Part shown: positions 40,301-57,422 of the stretch, piece by piece
How positions within the stretch are numbered: position 1 is the first letter of the stretch
How the letters are laid out: each line of letters begins with the position of its first letter
Origin: Trichoplax sp. H2
Lineage: Eukaryota
Reading direction: 5' to 3'
Length of the DNA stretch: 64,000 nucleotides
Assembly: GCA_003344405.1 (NCBI GenBank)
Contig: NOWV01000136.1
Location: forward strand, 62,001-126,000
The notes under the pieces: generated by a model
The model's database searches: none
What the model saw: only the letters and a program-made list of their open reading frames with translations
Told to the model about the DNA's origin: nothing
Made by a program: the position numbers and the translations under genes

Positions 40301-40998
40301 TTCTTACAAATTAACTTGTAGTAGAGAATACTTTATTGATTGGAAGCAGTCGTACGTGGAAAGAAATCAACTTAAAATGGAAAAGCGCCAATTATTAATC
40401 AAATATTATTTATCTTGGAAAACAAGGGCAATAAATCAGATAAAAGCGAAAAAAATGGTACGTATTACGATTTCAGGATTAATTAAAATATTTAAATTGG
40501 ATCATCAAATTGGATACTCTGGAATAGATTTAATGTTGATAGTAAGTTCACTTGTTATCGTTATTTGACAAACTTCCTTTACTAACTATTATAGCGACAA
40601 CTATGCCTACTGGATAATTCTTGGAGCCAGTGGAGAAGATTATTTATTCGAATACGGGTTGTTAATCTCTTCGTCGAGCAGGATAATAAACAGTTGCTAA
40701 GCAGGGTAATTTCTTCCTCTTTCTTATGATGCTTTTAAAAATTAGTTGTAACATTGTTAGGCATTTACTTCATATACAGTATATTTATTTCGAACTTGGA
40801 GTTAAGAATATTGTATAGAATTCCAAAATTTCAAGTTTATTCATACTAATGACTTGGGAAATACAATTACAGGTACTAGGATCATGGCATGCATGGGCTT
40901 CTAATCGCTGCCGTTTACGCCAACTTTTAAATAGGAAGAGAAGAAAATTATTGCAAGAATTTTACTATCGATGGCAGGATCGATATAACTTTAAATAA
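22345..40998 (+). CDS. Large Sfi1-repeat (centrin-binding type) protein, roughly 40 exons; exact orthology (SFI1 vs other Sfi1-repeat proteins) unresolved
   Basis: MDPPK (22345-22359), then 22463-22529, a Ser-rich exon 23574-24235 and 25364-25636. Dozens of small exons follow with the Sfi1 pattern A-x7-LL-x3-F/W-x2-W (LLSKCFRAWR, LNHGFNSWH, LTRNIFNKWR, LIQRFFIHW, CLRKIFNHWR, LLIKYYLSWK, LLQEFYYRWQ). Stop TAA at 40996-40998. Some internal junctions are uncertain. Confidence 0.75.
22893..23573 (+). repeat. 76-bp minisatellite in intron 2 of the Sfi1-like gene (3 copies left of the gap, 4 right)
   Basis: Unit gattggtagt(a/g)ctaaatttgaaa...ttgatttaatttaacactattgcatatgatatttttaccgtca starts at 22893, 22969, 23045 and at 23270, 23346, 23422, 23498. 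Confidence 0.95.
23248..23267. other. Assembly gap (20 N) flanked by a duplicated block (22891-23247 / 23268-23699)
   Basis: Run of N. Both flanks begin gcgattggtagtac and end gcatcgcaagacc. Confidence 1.
27290..27800. repeat. Degenerate ~71-bp tandem repeat inside an Sfi1-like intron
   Basis: agatagttaa-like cores at 27301, 27356, 27426, 27497, 27568, 27714 and 27776. Confidence 0.55.
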
Positions 40999-42617
40999 TA
41001 TAAATTAAAGATAATTGATTTCTTACATTGTTTATTTCTAATCGTAAATTTCTCTTTAATAATATTATACTGTAAACAATGTTGAGATAGTACAGTTAAG
41101 AGTTGAGATGGCAAGCGATAATGAAGACTTACTACGATTCAATTTGTTAATTGCGCAATGAATAGGTTTAATTTTTTACTTCTAAGATAGAATTCAAAAT
41201 CGATTGATTTAGATCATTTTGAAATGAAAACATATCTACTGAGATGTGTACATGTTTATGCGGCAGTATTAGTGAAGATTGCAATGAAAAATAGTTTGAG
41301 CCTATTGTATTTATAAGCTATAGCAATAACTGCCTACTTACTAACTTTATATTTGTGATTGATAGAATTATAATGTTAATAATCCAATAGCTCTTTGTTT
41401 TTTAACTAATTAAATTCAATTATATTGCTGACATTTTTAAGATGAGAAAAAATCAGCAATGCTAAAATAATTGTCTCGATCTGTACGTATTAAAGAATTT
41501 ATGTAAATCCTTACGGCTATTGGTAATAGAATTTTTAACTTATTCCAATTCTATAGTTCCAGTTTGAATCTAAATTTAAGATTTTCTAATAACAGGAAGA
41601 ACATTTAGAAAAATTTTTTTACATGCTTTTTACGCAGTTTCAAGCCGTTTTATCAAGCCTATAATTACTTTTGGTATAGCTAATTTTAAAAAATATCAAT
41701 GTTTTTAAATGCACCTACTTCAATTTTACATACGTTTATATCGTATTAGTTTGCTATTTGGATGATAGCAAACATATCGACTGATAAACATGAAATATAA
41801 TAAGGAAGATAAACTTTAGAGTCAGATTCTCGCGAATCTGCTTCCACGATCGACCTAATAATATTGCAATTTTTGCTTCATGTAACAAAACTTTACTTTC
41901 TGTATATAACATTATTTGTTAACTGTTTTTTTTTTTTATTAATTCGACGTTAATAAAACGACATTCACAACAATTTCTACTTGAAGTTATTTGCATATGA
42001 TTGCAATAATAGAACTTTTAGATAGCCATCGCGTCACTATACTAGATTGCTCGTTATTGCACGTAATATTGGCCAAACTTTTCAGTAGTAATACCATAAA
42101 TAGTCAGAGTTAACGAGAAAAGCAAGCTAAGACTAAACTACAGTACCGGCACATTAAATTGAAATAGCAATTTAATCCCTATCGATCCTGATGACTGTAT
42201 CAGCTAGATGACTATATTTGTCCGTTATGTAATATTATGTAATTATTAAGAATTTGTCACCTTATAAATATGTATGCGAAAAGACTTTAAACAGAAGTCA
42301 TTCATAAATGCACGTTATTACTAAATCAGTTAAGAAATGAGCACATAAATAGCTTATAACTGAATTTGTTAAAGCTTGACGGGAGTTTGCACTAGTAATA
42401 TATAATTAAGAAAGTTCAAAATTCCCGATATGACCCTAATTCCTTATAGCATTGATCATACAGTAATGCACTTAAATAAATCAAAATTGTATGAAATTTA
42501 CATTGATTACTAGGCTAGATTTAAACGAAATCCAAATAATAACCATACGAAGAATTCTACTGACACATTTAGTGTAAGTTTAAAATTGTAATACGATCGT
42601 TTAACTATCAGACAACA

Positions 42618-45482
42618 CTAGTTTCCAAAGCTACTACCACCAATATTGCTGCCTTCGACTCCATCTGGTGAATGCATTTGCGAGATTAATTTAGCGTGAT
42701 CCGGCAACTCTGATTCAGGTAGAAATGGTGTTGATGTACCAGTCGTACCAATCTTTAAAATATTTTCCTTTAAATCGATGCAGCACTAATAGGTCAGTAG
42801 AACCAGTAAAATGGAATTACAAAATATGTTTCAACATAATTTGGTATGGTGATTGACGTTAATATGCAAGCAGAGCAAAAATACATCAATTTAGAAGCTT
42901 GTATCAACTTTATCTGTCGAGCTAATTAAGTACTAAAACAATCTTACCTGATGTCTTTTTAGCATATCCAGTCCTAGTAACATATCTATTGACTGGTCTT
43001 TAAGCACAGAAAATGATGATGTAAGGAAATCTGCTTCAATTTGAATATCTACCATATGAATTCTACCAATTATCTCTTGTTTGCCGACGCCTACAGCTAC
43101 TCCACGAAATCTTTTGTCAACTAGGCGCACAATATTACAGCGTTTAGCACAATTTTCACTCATGATTGTATGTTGAGCTCCAGAATCAACAAAAGCTTTG
43201 ACCGGATATCCATTCACATTGCATTTAATGTATAACATGGTTACCTAGTGATTGTGAAATACGCCAGTTAGTTGAAACAGGTTATCACTATTAGAACGCA
43301 ATTATTTAGTGGTAGAATATTGCCTATTACCAACGAATTTGACCTTTTAATACTCACTTTTCAATCTTAAAAATAACGTAGAGATTAAGATAATCATATT
43401 GAAGAAATACTTAATATATTGATTTTTATGATGTACATATAACGTGTGTAGTATGATCTGGAAATGAGTAGTCATTTAACATTTAAAAATAAAATTGTGA
43501 TACTAATTAATCTACTTGTGTGATCACTGGTATGCCATAGTGAATCGATTTGCATATTGTGCTGCAATGTACATTATTTGAGCCTAAAACTGAGGCTGCC
43601 AGTGATGGAGAATATTGTTATTACAACCAAGAATATTAGTAATCTTACCTGGCCAAAAGCTTCTGGGTTATATTCCATTGCTCCCTCCATATTTTCATTG
43701 ATATTCTGTCTATGAATTAATTCTTCAATATGTCTTTGAGCTTCCGGATCAAATAAATCAGCATTCATAGCACGTATAGTTTTCAGTTGTTCTTCGGCAA
43801 TCTGTTGATGCTGTTCTTCAGCTATCTGTGCAAATTTGGATGCATTATGAATGTTATCGGCCAAATTAGGATTACGTTCTTTCAAGATGGCTAGTTTTCG
43901 TGGATCATTGAGTAATGCCTGACGCATCATTTCCGCTTCAGTAGCTCTACCCTGACTTTGAGTTTGTTGAACATTCTCGGGGATGGCAATAGAATTCCAA
44001 TTTAATTGTGGAACGGCCGCTTGCGAACGGTTAGAGCTGCTAGTCATTTGAGGCGGTAGTATATTTGTATTATTACCAGCTAAAGCGCCAACGGCTGATG
44101 TTGGCCTAGCATACTGGGAACTACTTTGGTGACCTCTTGTTTGCGGGACTGGAATAGAGCTGAAATCCAATTGCGGGATAATCGAACTAGTTGCTGAAGA
44201 AGCATTACTTGAAGGATTACTAGCAGTACCAATGGGATTAGTTGATTGGCGATTAGGCTCTAAAAATGGGTAAAATATGAAACTGGCATCAACAACGGCA
44301 AGTTCACGATAACCGTTCGATTAATCGCGCAAGTTAGCCATGGTGTTAAATCGTGGATAGGAGACTGATTTAGCAAAGTCCTTACTTAATTCTGTGAAAA
44401 TTCATGTTATGCAATCATTTGTTTGTAGAAGTTGATCATCTTCACGTATACGTATGTACGTCAATGTGTAGATGTAAAATACACTATTACTATAAACTAC
44501 AATATGATGTTATTATCACAATTGTATTTTTTCTCTTAATCGAAAGATGTCATTGATAGCATTAAGCTAAGCTCATATTACTGGATAGATACTTTTCTAT
44601 CTGGTACTTAATAGTCTGCAACTATATGCCTTAATAATACAGCAACATCCACGTACAAGTAGAGCATAGACAGTACAAATATACTAGGCCATTGACCAGC
44701 CATTCTATTTCAATAAATTAAGCAGAAAGCGAATGGTAATTTAATCGCTACTATCATAACCATACGAGTACTTGACTTGCAAAGCAATTGCTCTTCGATT
44801 TGCCGTCACTATTGAGTAAGATGTTATACTTAATGAGGATGTCCAAGGTAGCCGAAGCATCATAATTACATTACGAAACTACGACTTTGAATGATGCTCG
44901 GATTTCAATGTTGGAAACTGATAGAACTTGATCTGATTTATAACAGTATAGTGATTAATCGAATTACAAAAATATCTTACTGTTTTAGTCCACGTAAGAT
45001 ATAAAATCTACTGTACAATGTACACCCGTCAAGGTTGTCAATGTAGAAAAAGAAGAATGTGAATTTAGTAAGTCATTACCATCTACGATAACACATAGAT
45101 ATGGAAATTACATCATCATTGAATTGCATGATCAACAAGTAAATGATCAATAACTGAATAAGAGATTGCTATTCCTACTATCGTCCTAACAACAACAACT
45201 TATCCTTTCAGTTTAATTACGCTACCTACAATTATCACAGTTATATATAATAATATTACCTGCTCCTTTTAGCTGATACGTCAAGACGCTCCCATCTTGT
45301 ACATTATAAGCTTGTAAAGATTTTTTACCATCGCTTAATTCAACACCGCTATGATAAAGACTAATGACATCAGCCGGTAAACCACTCATGACTTCCAGTA
45401 ATGCTTTAAAGTTCTCCACTTCCATGTCTTGGCTTGCATCCACCGGGATATCACCAGTGTTACCTTTGACCACGATTCGCAT
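42618..45482 (-). CDS. DDI1: DNA damage-inducible protein 1/2 homolog (UBL + HDD + retroviral-type aspartic protease), 4 exons
   Basis: Exons 45482-45260 (UBL: MRIVVK...VENFKALLE...YNVQDG), 44259-43649 ([27 protein letters not shown]), 43244-42948 ([24 protein letters not shown]...[12 protein letters not shown]) and 42785-42618 ([16 protein letters not shown]...FLPESELP). Confidence 0.95.
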
Positions 45483-46760
45483 GATTCCCAATACAGTCAA
45501 GGTCGTTAATGCTAAATCAATACTACAGGTAGCTAATTTTTTTCTCAACGATGAACTAAAGTGGTAATTCAACAGATTGGATCGATGGATATGAAAAATT
45601 TCTTCAAGCTTGCCCTTCCAATGTATGAAAAAGATGATTCACGATGATGAAGTCATTGTTATGGCGATCAATCAACGGTACTGTAGACTAGTGTACATTG
45701 TACTGTGCACTGTACACTGTAAAGGTTTGGGAGTCCAGTTGGGTGCTATTGAGGGTTACAGAAAAAGAAGGACAATGTTGATAGTGCGCAACAAGAGATG
45801 TCACCTGCAAATTTATTCCTTCAATAATAGATTATACTATCAATGCATGCAAGGTATGACTGATTATTTGCACAAAGATGGCCAAAGTTTTAGTCTTTGA
45901 CTTCCTATCATCAATCCCTAGATACTGTCTGTAGAACTCGCTATTTTTATCGAAACTACGAAAGGTCTATAGTTCGGTTTGGTTCTATGCAGCCAGCCCT
46001 TCTTTTTTTTATGGGTACCTGTTGCCAGTTGGTCAAATGTTTGTTTTTTGCAATTCTACTGTACTGTATGGGTGATCAGGTGTCTCGCCTCCGATTTCCA
46101 TCAGCACCATCAGCCATGGACTTCGAGATACCTGAGGGCTGAGGTATCTCCAAGTCCAACTCAGTAATCCGATAATGGCTTATTGATCGTGATTAACCCT
46201 AGGTATTACAGCATGTACAACAAATATTACTCCGCACTTTACTGTCTACCTTGTCCATTTCCATACTACTAAAAAAGGAGACAAACGGGAAATGATCGTT
46301 CAGTATACTTAAAATGGGGAGGCCTACAGTTTGTTGGCCATATTAAGTGTAACGTAGGTCCGTAATCCTATACTATACTGTACTTTTTAAATGTCCTCGG
46401 CTATACAGTATTGTCTATAATGATTGTCATCCAAATGAGCTACTAAGTTGGTTTTGTACAGTATGGTGTACGATTTCAGTGGTACGGTACAATACTGAAT
46501 AGTAAGTGCAGGCGACGCTATAATTATTATTGCATAGATTGGATCACAATCATGTAAAATGGAACCTTTCTGTTTACTTTCTTATTAGTAGTCTCGGATT
46601 AGACGATCTATTTCTTAACTTGAGCGATTTTTGACTTTGAGGAGTACTCTGTATTGTACAAGTCACTACAGCTACGATACAATTTACTAGTAAAAGGATA
46701 TACAATAATGTAGATAGGAAGTCAGAAAGGTTAACTCAAAAAGAAATAATCCGTGGCCTA

Positions 46761-46774
46761 GTTTCCATGGCAAC
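46761..46774. promoter_or_regulatory. RFX X-box upstream of LRRC34
   Basis: GTTTCCATGGCAAC fits the RFX consensus GTTNCC-AT-GGNAAC and lies 130 bp before the ATG of a cilia-associated gene. Confidence 0.75.
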
Positions 46775-46903
46775 TTGTCGATATCACTAACCACTGCAGA
46801 AAAGGCAGAAATAATCACATCATCGAGTATACAATTATACTAGCAATTGATCAATAATATTATTAAGGCATCGGACTAAACGGTACGCACGATTGATTTA
46901 GAC

Positions 46904-49576
46904 ATGGCGACAAATTTAGATCTTGCCGGCATCCACACTCAAGATTTTGTTCAAACATCCGTTAACCCAGATGGATTAAAGAACGATTACTTGAAAATCT
47001 GTAAAGAAGCAAATATGCGGCCAACAAAATTTATCGAAATGTCCATGAGAACTGCTAACGAAGAGTATACACTGTAAATAATATAAATATACATCTTTCA
47101 ACGATCGTTACAAAAGTAGAATTTTCTACAAATTTTATCTTCCATGCGGCTACGGAAATGATAATAACTCTTCAACTGTATTCCTATTTATTCTCATATT
47201 TGTCATACCAATTAAAGGAATCCTACAAACTTACTTCATCTAACTATGAAAGGCAATAATCCTCTAATACAGCAGCAACGCTTAGATGATGATGTAAGAA
47301 ATATATTATATATTTGACACATTTAGCAGCGTTATCGTGATGTTGTATACTCGTATTTTGGGTAGCAAAATTGTAATATTGTCAATGAATGATCTAACTT
47401 GAAGCATAAAAATCTTATAGTTACATTATACCAGTTGCTGCGTTACAGCAATCATGATCTATTGATATTATATGTCATTTCAGCAAATCACAGTTAAATT
47501 TACATTCGATGCAGTTTGCTAGTATATACTGTCATACAAATATTGTATACGAATCGTGTGAATTAAGAGAATCATACATATCTAGCAGATATAGTTATTA
47601 ACGGAGACACTGTAGTTATAGCATCATAGCTCTAAAATCTCTGATCATTGCAAATCTAACTGTTAGAGGATTTAAAATCCAGTATGCTACAAAGAAAGTG
47701 CTAATAACGTAATAACTTCTAAATTTTAGGATGCCAACATGATCTGCAGGACAATGAAGGTGAATTTTCATGTTGCAACCTTAAATTTGGCTTATAATAA
47801 CATATCTGACGAGGGTGCAAAGTGTATTGGAAAACTACTGGTGAGAATAACTAGACACTTCTTGTTCGACTACATATTCACGATGCTAGATCCTGTCTTT
47901 CCCTAATTCAGTGCTTATTTATGATTAGGAAAATCATCCTCTACGACTTTTAAATCTTTCATATTGCGATATCGGCCCAGCTGGTGGAGAATACATTGCT
48001 AAAGGAATTCAGGTAATACATTTAAATAACGTAGATTATGACTTAATCGTTGAATATTGATAGAATGTCAAACTTTAATTATAGATGACCGAAACACTTA
48101 CAGTTCTTGATCTCAGTGGAAACAAGCTGAAAAGTAAAGGAGTTCTAGCTATTGCAGGAGCTTTACAGGTTAAACTAAATCAGATGCCATATATCAATTG
48201 TACTGAATCTAAGCTAAAGGTGGTATAATTTGCAAAAAGAAATAATCAATCGCTTTTTGTAACAATGCATCAATAGGTCAATTTATCAGTAAAAGAATTA
48301 TATTTGGCCAATACAGATATGGTAAAGAATTTCAATAGTGCTAGGTATTAATTTATTATTGCCTATTTTTCTAAAATTTTTCAAAACCTTTATTGATTTC
48401 AGAAAACTGAATGTGTCGTAGCTATAGCGACTGTTCTACGACAAAATAATATTGTACAGATCCTTAATATCGATAGGCCATTGCTATTCAGCCAACAAGT
48501 ACATTCTTAAATAAATAAGCTTAACGTCTTCATATTCTTTATCAGTTAAAAGTTCTACTATGAATTTACTGGTTATAACTATATTTTAAACAAAATCTCT
48601 AAACCCTTCGTTAGGAAGAGACTACAGTCCACATTGCTAACATGTTGAAGGTAACGAAAGAATATCAGATAGAGAACCATTAAATTATTTTCAATTGATA
48701 TTGTTGATAAAAATAGATGAATTATTTACAATAGGTAAATAGCTCGCTGCGGAAATTACATCTATCAAAGCATGATATTCGTGATTTTGGCGCTGAAAGA
48801 CTCGTAGAAGCATTAATTTACAATACTGCTTTAGAAGAATTGGATCTAAGCTGGTATGTGAAACAATATTACAACAATTGAAGATATTATACTGAACTCA
48901 TGTTTCTTAAACTGAATACAGTAATCGCATTACTCGAGATGGTGCCGGTCATATCTCCAAGTTGTTGCTACAAAATACACCATTAAAGCACCTTAATTTG
49001 GATTTTAATAGAATAGAAAGTGATGGAGCAATTCACCTTAGTAGAGTTTTATCATTTAATACACATTTACAAAGGTATTTTTTTACAGCTTTATTTAATT
49101 AAAGTGAGATCTGATTTAATACTATACCTATTGTAACATTCGATTCGTAGAATACATGATTAAGACCGAATTTTTAATTACGATTATATTTAGCTTACAT
49201 ATAGCAAGCAATTGTATTAGTGGATCCGGATTGTGTGCTATTGCTGATTCATTATCCAAAAATCAAACACTTATGGGCCTCTATGTTTGGGGAAATAATT
49301 TAGAAAATTCTGCCTGTGTTGTAAGTAATTTAAAGATACTCCTATTTTCTTGCAATTCTTATTTCTATAGCAGACTATTGTACTGTTGTTCTATTATGGC
49401 CAGCATAAATATATAACTTATGTGGCTAATACAGATAAAAAAACATACTTTAATTTGATCAAAAGGCTTTCCAGGAGTTAATGGAAGATGACCCACCCAG
49501 GTTAAAGGAAGAGTTTACCGACGTTAAGCCTTACGTGGTTGACGGAATAGTATATCTAGCTGAATTGAATCATTAA
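46904..49576 (+). CDS. LRRC34: Leucine-rich repeat-containing protein 34 (RNI-like LRR), about 12 exons
   Basis: Spliced product includes MKGNNPL...RLDDDDA, LNLAYNNISDEGA, LNLSYCDIGPAGG, LNIDRPLLFSQQEETTVHIANMLK, LHLSKHDIRDFG, LYVWGNNL and TDVKPYVVDGIVYLAE, matching recalled LRRC34 motifs. Confidence 0.85.
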
Positions 49577-50502
49577 AATGCTATGCCGATACATACGGTC
49601 AAGTTATACTATTGCAGATAAGCCATTTCAAGGCTTAGATATATGCGTACTACCGTAAAAAAACTCGCAGATTATTTACTTGGATCAAATTTTTCTGTTC
49701 TAAACAAACGTATCAAGGAGTACGCAATACTGGAAGCCGTATTTCATCATACAGTACAATGTATGTTACTAGTTAAAATTCTATGACATGCCCATACAGT
49801 ACGATACGTTACAGCAGAAGCCTAATGAAGCAAAATGGAATAAAATAAAAATACAAAATACTGATATTGCTCCCTTTAGAATAACGACTAATGTATAAAA
49901 ATCAACTCTTGTTATATGTCGATTTTTTATTTTAATGCAAGCTGTAAATCAATTCAAATAAGTTTCATTTTAGGAATTATATGGTTAATTATCACAAGAT
50001 TGAAGTTGCGTATGATCGAGACAATAAAAATTGGATGTGCGTTAAATATAAGTATTAAAGCAGTCGAATAGATACGTCTGTACGAAGGCGACGCAGATTA
50101 TGACTATGACACTGCTGATGATAGCACAAATGATAGCATATCAAGGACCCATAATACTACTGTATAATCTCACATCGATTTCATCATTTATCATGCTAAG
50201 ATTGAAATTAAAAAGCAATAGTATGCTTTCAAAGTGCTCTTTACACTAAGGTCTGTAAAGTAACATCGTTCTAAAAATTAAGACATAAATGTAACCATGT
50301 TCACAAAACATTCCCTAATCTTGATTTTAACATGTTATCTTTAAGCCTTGAGAAACGCTTCAATACAAAATTAGAAAAATTACAGAAATTTTTTGTAATA
50401 TACAGTTGATCATTATATAATAAGGATTTAGATCATTTTATTGGCATAACGCCTATAGAGTACGAGAGATTAGACATTTAAACAAGGTTTTTATTATTGA
50501 AA

Positions 50503-52684
50503 TTATCCATATCTTTCGTCTGCTTCACTTGCAATGCCGTTAATTTCAACATCATTTGACTGTACTTCATGCAATTCCGATGCAGCATCTTCCCGATGAT
50601 TTGTACTTTCATCATCGTTTACTTCGTTGTTGACAGCGGTAAATTTGTTATCAATCTTTTTGTCTATTCCATTTTCAATACCTATTAAGGCAAAACCGTC
50701 AATATATAGGTCATGTTATCAATTAACTTAAAAATGAGTCATGATAAAGAACATTTATATTGTGCAGAAGCGAACAAAATAGCCCTTTCCATTACTTACT
50801 TCCATTGGTTAACTTGCCTACTTCTGTAGAACTCTTTTGCCAGGAAGGTATTGATGAATTACGTTGAGGCAATTTCGGTGCAGAGGGAAACTGTTGTCTA
50901 TTTGATGACATAGAAATCAATATCAATCATTACTAGGAACATTTTTGATACGATTTTCTAGTCATGGCAGTCCAACATCGATATTTATAGATTTACCTGC
51001 TTAGCATAAGACCTTTAATTGTTGCTAGATCTTTCTTTAACTCGCCAACCACGTGTGATTCAACGTTACCACCCTAACCATTGAACAAAATTTCCATTAT
51101 CTGTAAACGTAACATAAACACTAAGATAACAAATAGTTTAACATCATCATTCAGTCAACCTGATTTAATGGGCCTCTTGTTATCATATCTACTTTGGTTT
51201 GTAAGTCGCTCACGCTATCCTGATATATAAATATTGGAAATTAGATTCATTTTCAATGAAGATGGTCAAGCAATCAATTTTTCAATTCATTATTTTATGC
51301 AATACCTTGACAGATTCTAAAGTTGACTGGAGACCTCCTACTATAGTATAATTTAAAAATTGAAAAGGAATAAGAAAGCGAGCTGAATAACTTTAATAAC
51401 ATCTAGCGTAACTTGGGATCTATATCAGCCTACCGGTGATAGCCACATCAGCTCTTAATTCTCCTACGCTTGTTTCGATTCTTCTTAAATGTTCTTTATT
51501 ATCCTTTTGCTGCTTAAACCAAGGCATAATAAATCTCTATAAATTGAAATATATTCAATATGAATGCCTGTTTAGTTACTACTGTAGTACAACACCCTAG
51601 CTATAGCTATATTTGTTGTCATAAGGATAGATGATTTGAAATGATTGCCTAGTACAGTGCCTACTTACAGTTATTAACACCTTGATTCCATAAAATGCCC
51701 CTGCAACTAAAGCGGCAATAACTGCAATATCTCTCCATCTGTAATGCCTGGAAGCAATAGCTGCTGTTGTCGGAACGACTGCTTGCGTATTGGGTACAGC
51801 CACAACACTTGCAGGTTGAGTTGGTGATATGGTGGCTTGGTTATTGGTCAGATTTTGAATAGGGCGATGCTAGAAATGATAGCATTTTATGTTGTAGCTT
51901 GTATCATGAAAGCAAATTGGGATAAACTAAGCTGTTGTACAAGTGTCGTGGAATTACCTCATCGCTAGCTGTACCAGATCGATCAATAGCAACTTGTAGT
52001 TCTTTGGCGGTTAAACCTAAAGCGTTGATAACGTAGAATTGAATTGAATCGTGAAAGTCGTCGATTGCTGTCCACGGTAGGCAAGAGCTTCAACATGGTA
52101 TATTATTAAGGTGAAGTATCACAGTACCTTTTTTGAGTAAAAATGCTTTTCGTTGAGGGAAAGGGCTTTGTCGTACTTTGGGATTTTGAAGAAATTTAAC
52201 GGCAGTTGATATCTAGATGATTGATTGAATGAATATACTGTCAAGGGTATCATCATCAACAAGCTGTTGATGGCGCTACATCCAAGGCAGCAAGTACTAT
52301 GGTGAATACTATCTTGTCCATCTGATGATGATAGTTTAAATGTGCTGTACAGTACTGTATTGGATCGAATAGAATGACGATGAACACCTACTACACTACA
52401 GTACTACAACTACGGCGTATCCTACCATATTTTCACGAACGGTTTCCGATTGATTGGATGATGGCGTATTGGAGGCAGCTTGTTCTTTTTTTCCTTCTTC
52501 AGCTCCTGGTGTGGCATCCTTGCCACCCTTGAAAATGATTCAACAATTGACTTAGCCTAACGCAGTCTTGTCAATAACAGGCTGCTATTCAGTAAACGAG
52601 TAGACTGTAATACATGCAGATGAATGTCAACGTGCTTACTTCAGATCCTGTCGTTGAAGGAGTCTTGTTTGCTACGTCAGCCAT
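50503..52684 (-). CDS. PEX14: Peroxisomal membrane protein PEX14, about 11 exons
   Basis: Pex14_N domain [40 protein letters not shown], then WRD plus a hydrophobic segment, a coiled coil [26 protein letters not shown] and an acidic tail. Confidence 0.93.
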
Positions 52685-52819
52685 TTTCCTTGCTCAGAAA
52701 TGTGCTCTTGAAGACAGCATCCAAGTTAAAATGTCGCGGACTTTAACCTGCCTGGGTGCACAAATGAAATTTTCAACTGTAAACATCGCCAGCAGCAGTA
52801 CGGCCAAATTTCCGTCATC

Positions 52820-53830
52820 CGAATACGGTACAGTACAGTACAGTCTATTTGTACAGTACACAGAGGTCATCAGAAGCCATGATTGCGGCCAGTTGGTAGC
52901 CAAGTTCCTTGTCAGTTAGAAGCTAGACATCGGACGCCGACAGTCAGCGAATACCGTGCTTTAGTAGCCCATCTTTGAGTACTTAGCACTAAGTAGAGTA
53001 CGGCACCGTACCGTACTATACCGTACCATACCGTACCGTACCGTGGCATTAACTGCCTCAAGTCGATGAAATACCCCCACGTCGACTCCCTTATCAACTC
53101 CCCCGTTTAAATAAATAAAAGGATTTTCTATACAGTACAGTCAGTACAGTACAGTACTGTACAGTACAGAAAATTCCCTTCACAGTACAGTACAGTACTG
53201 TACTGTACAGTACAAAGGATGAGGTCAAAAATGAAAAAATCGATGCAGCACAGTGTACAGTACAGTACGAATAGACGTACTGTACACTGTAATCAAGGAC
53301 GTCAAGACTTCGGTACTGGAGTCAGCAAAAACTACTAGAACCGGTCGTACTGTAAGCCTGTACTGTAGTGTACTAGAGTACTTTACGTACTTTTCTTTCA
53401 TCCATCTTTCTTTCTTTCTTTTCTTCCTTTCTTTTTGTTGGAAAAAAGTATAGTACTCTGCTGTACCGTACACTGTATCGTAGTCAAGTCACTCTCTTTT
53501 CTCTTGAGTACTGGACCACCATAGTGGTAGTCAAAAACTACAGTACTGTTGTTGGAGTTTTTCTCTCTCCTGAGTGATTACAGTACTGTATACTGTATCA
53601 CACAGTTTAAAGTACTGTAAGAGCGCTTGTTCAGCATTCGCCACGATCGTGGGTAAAGTCTAGTACTACCATAGAGGAAGACATACATTAACATACATTT
53701 ACTGTACTGTTACCATAGAGGCAGACATACTGTACACTGTACAGTGTACAGTATCAGTGACGAGAGACGACGCACAGGCGAAGTGACGTTTCAAAAAATC
53801 GACACTACTGTACAAGTACTGCAGTCAGCC
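52820..53830. repeat. (CAGTA)n/(TACTG)n and (TACCG)n pentamer arrays in the PEX14-PSMC2 divergent intergenic region
   Basis: For example 53131-53213 tacagtacag... arrays, 53006-53044 ccgtaccgta..., and a perfect 28-bp palindrome at 53727-53754. Confidence 0.8.
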
Positions 53831-53947
53831 AGTCAATCGCTAACGTCTTGTTCCTTCAACACTGATCTACCAGTCCCTCTAGAACTGTCTACTGTGTTGG
53901 CACCATTTTCTTTTTGAAGATCGTGTAAGAAAGATAGAGCAATTAAA

Positions 53948-57422
<3,475 letters not shown>

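Noticed and set aside
42933..43238. Retroviral-type protease suggesting an LTR retrotransposon
   Set aside because: It is exon 3 of the cellular DDI1 gene; there are no gag/pol sequences or LTRs.
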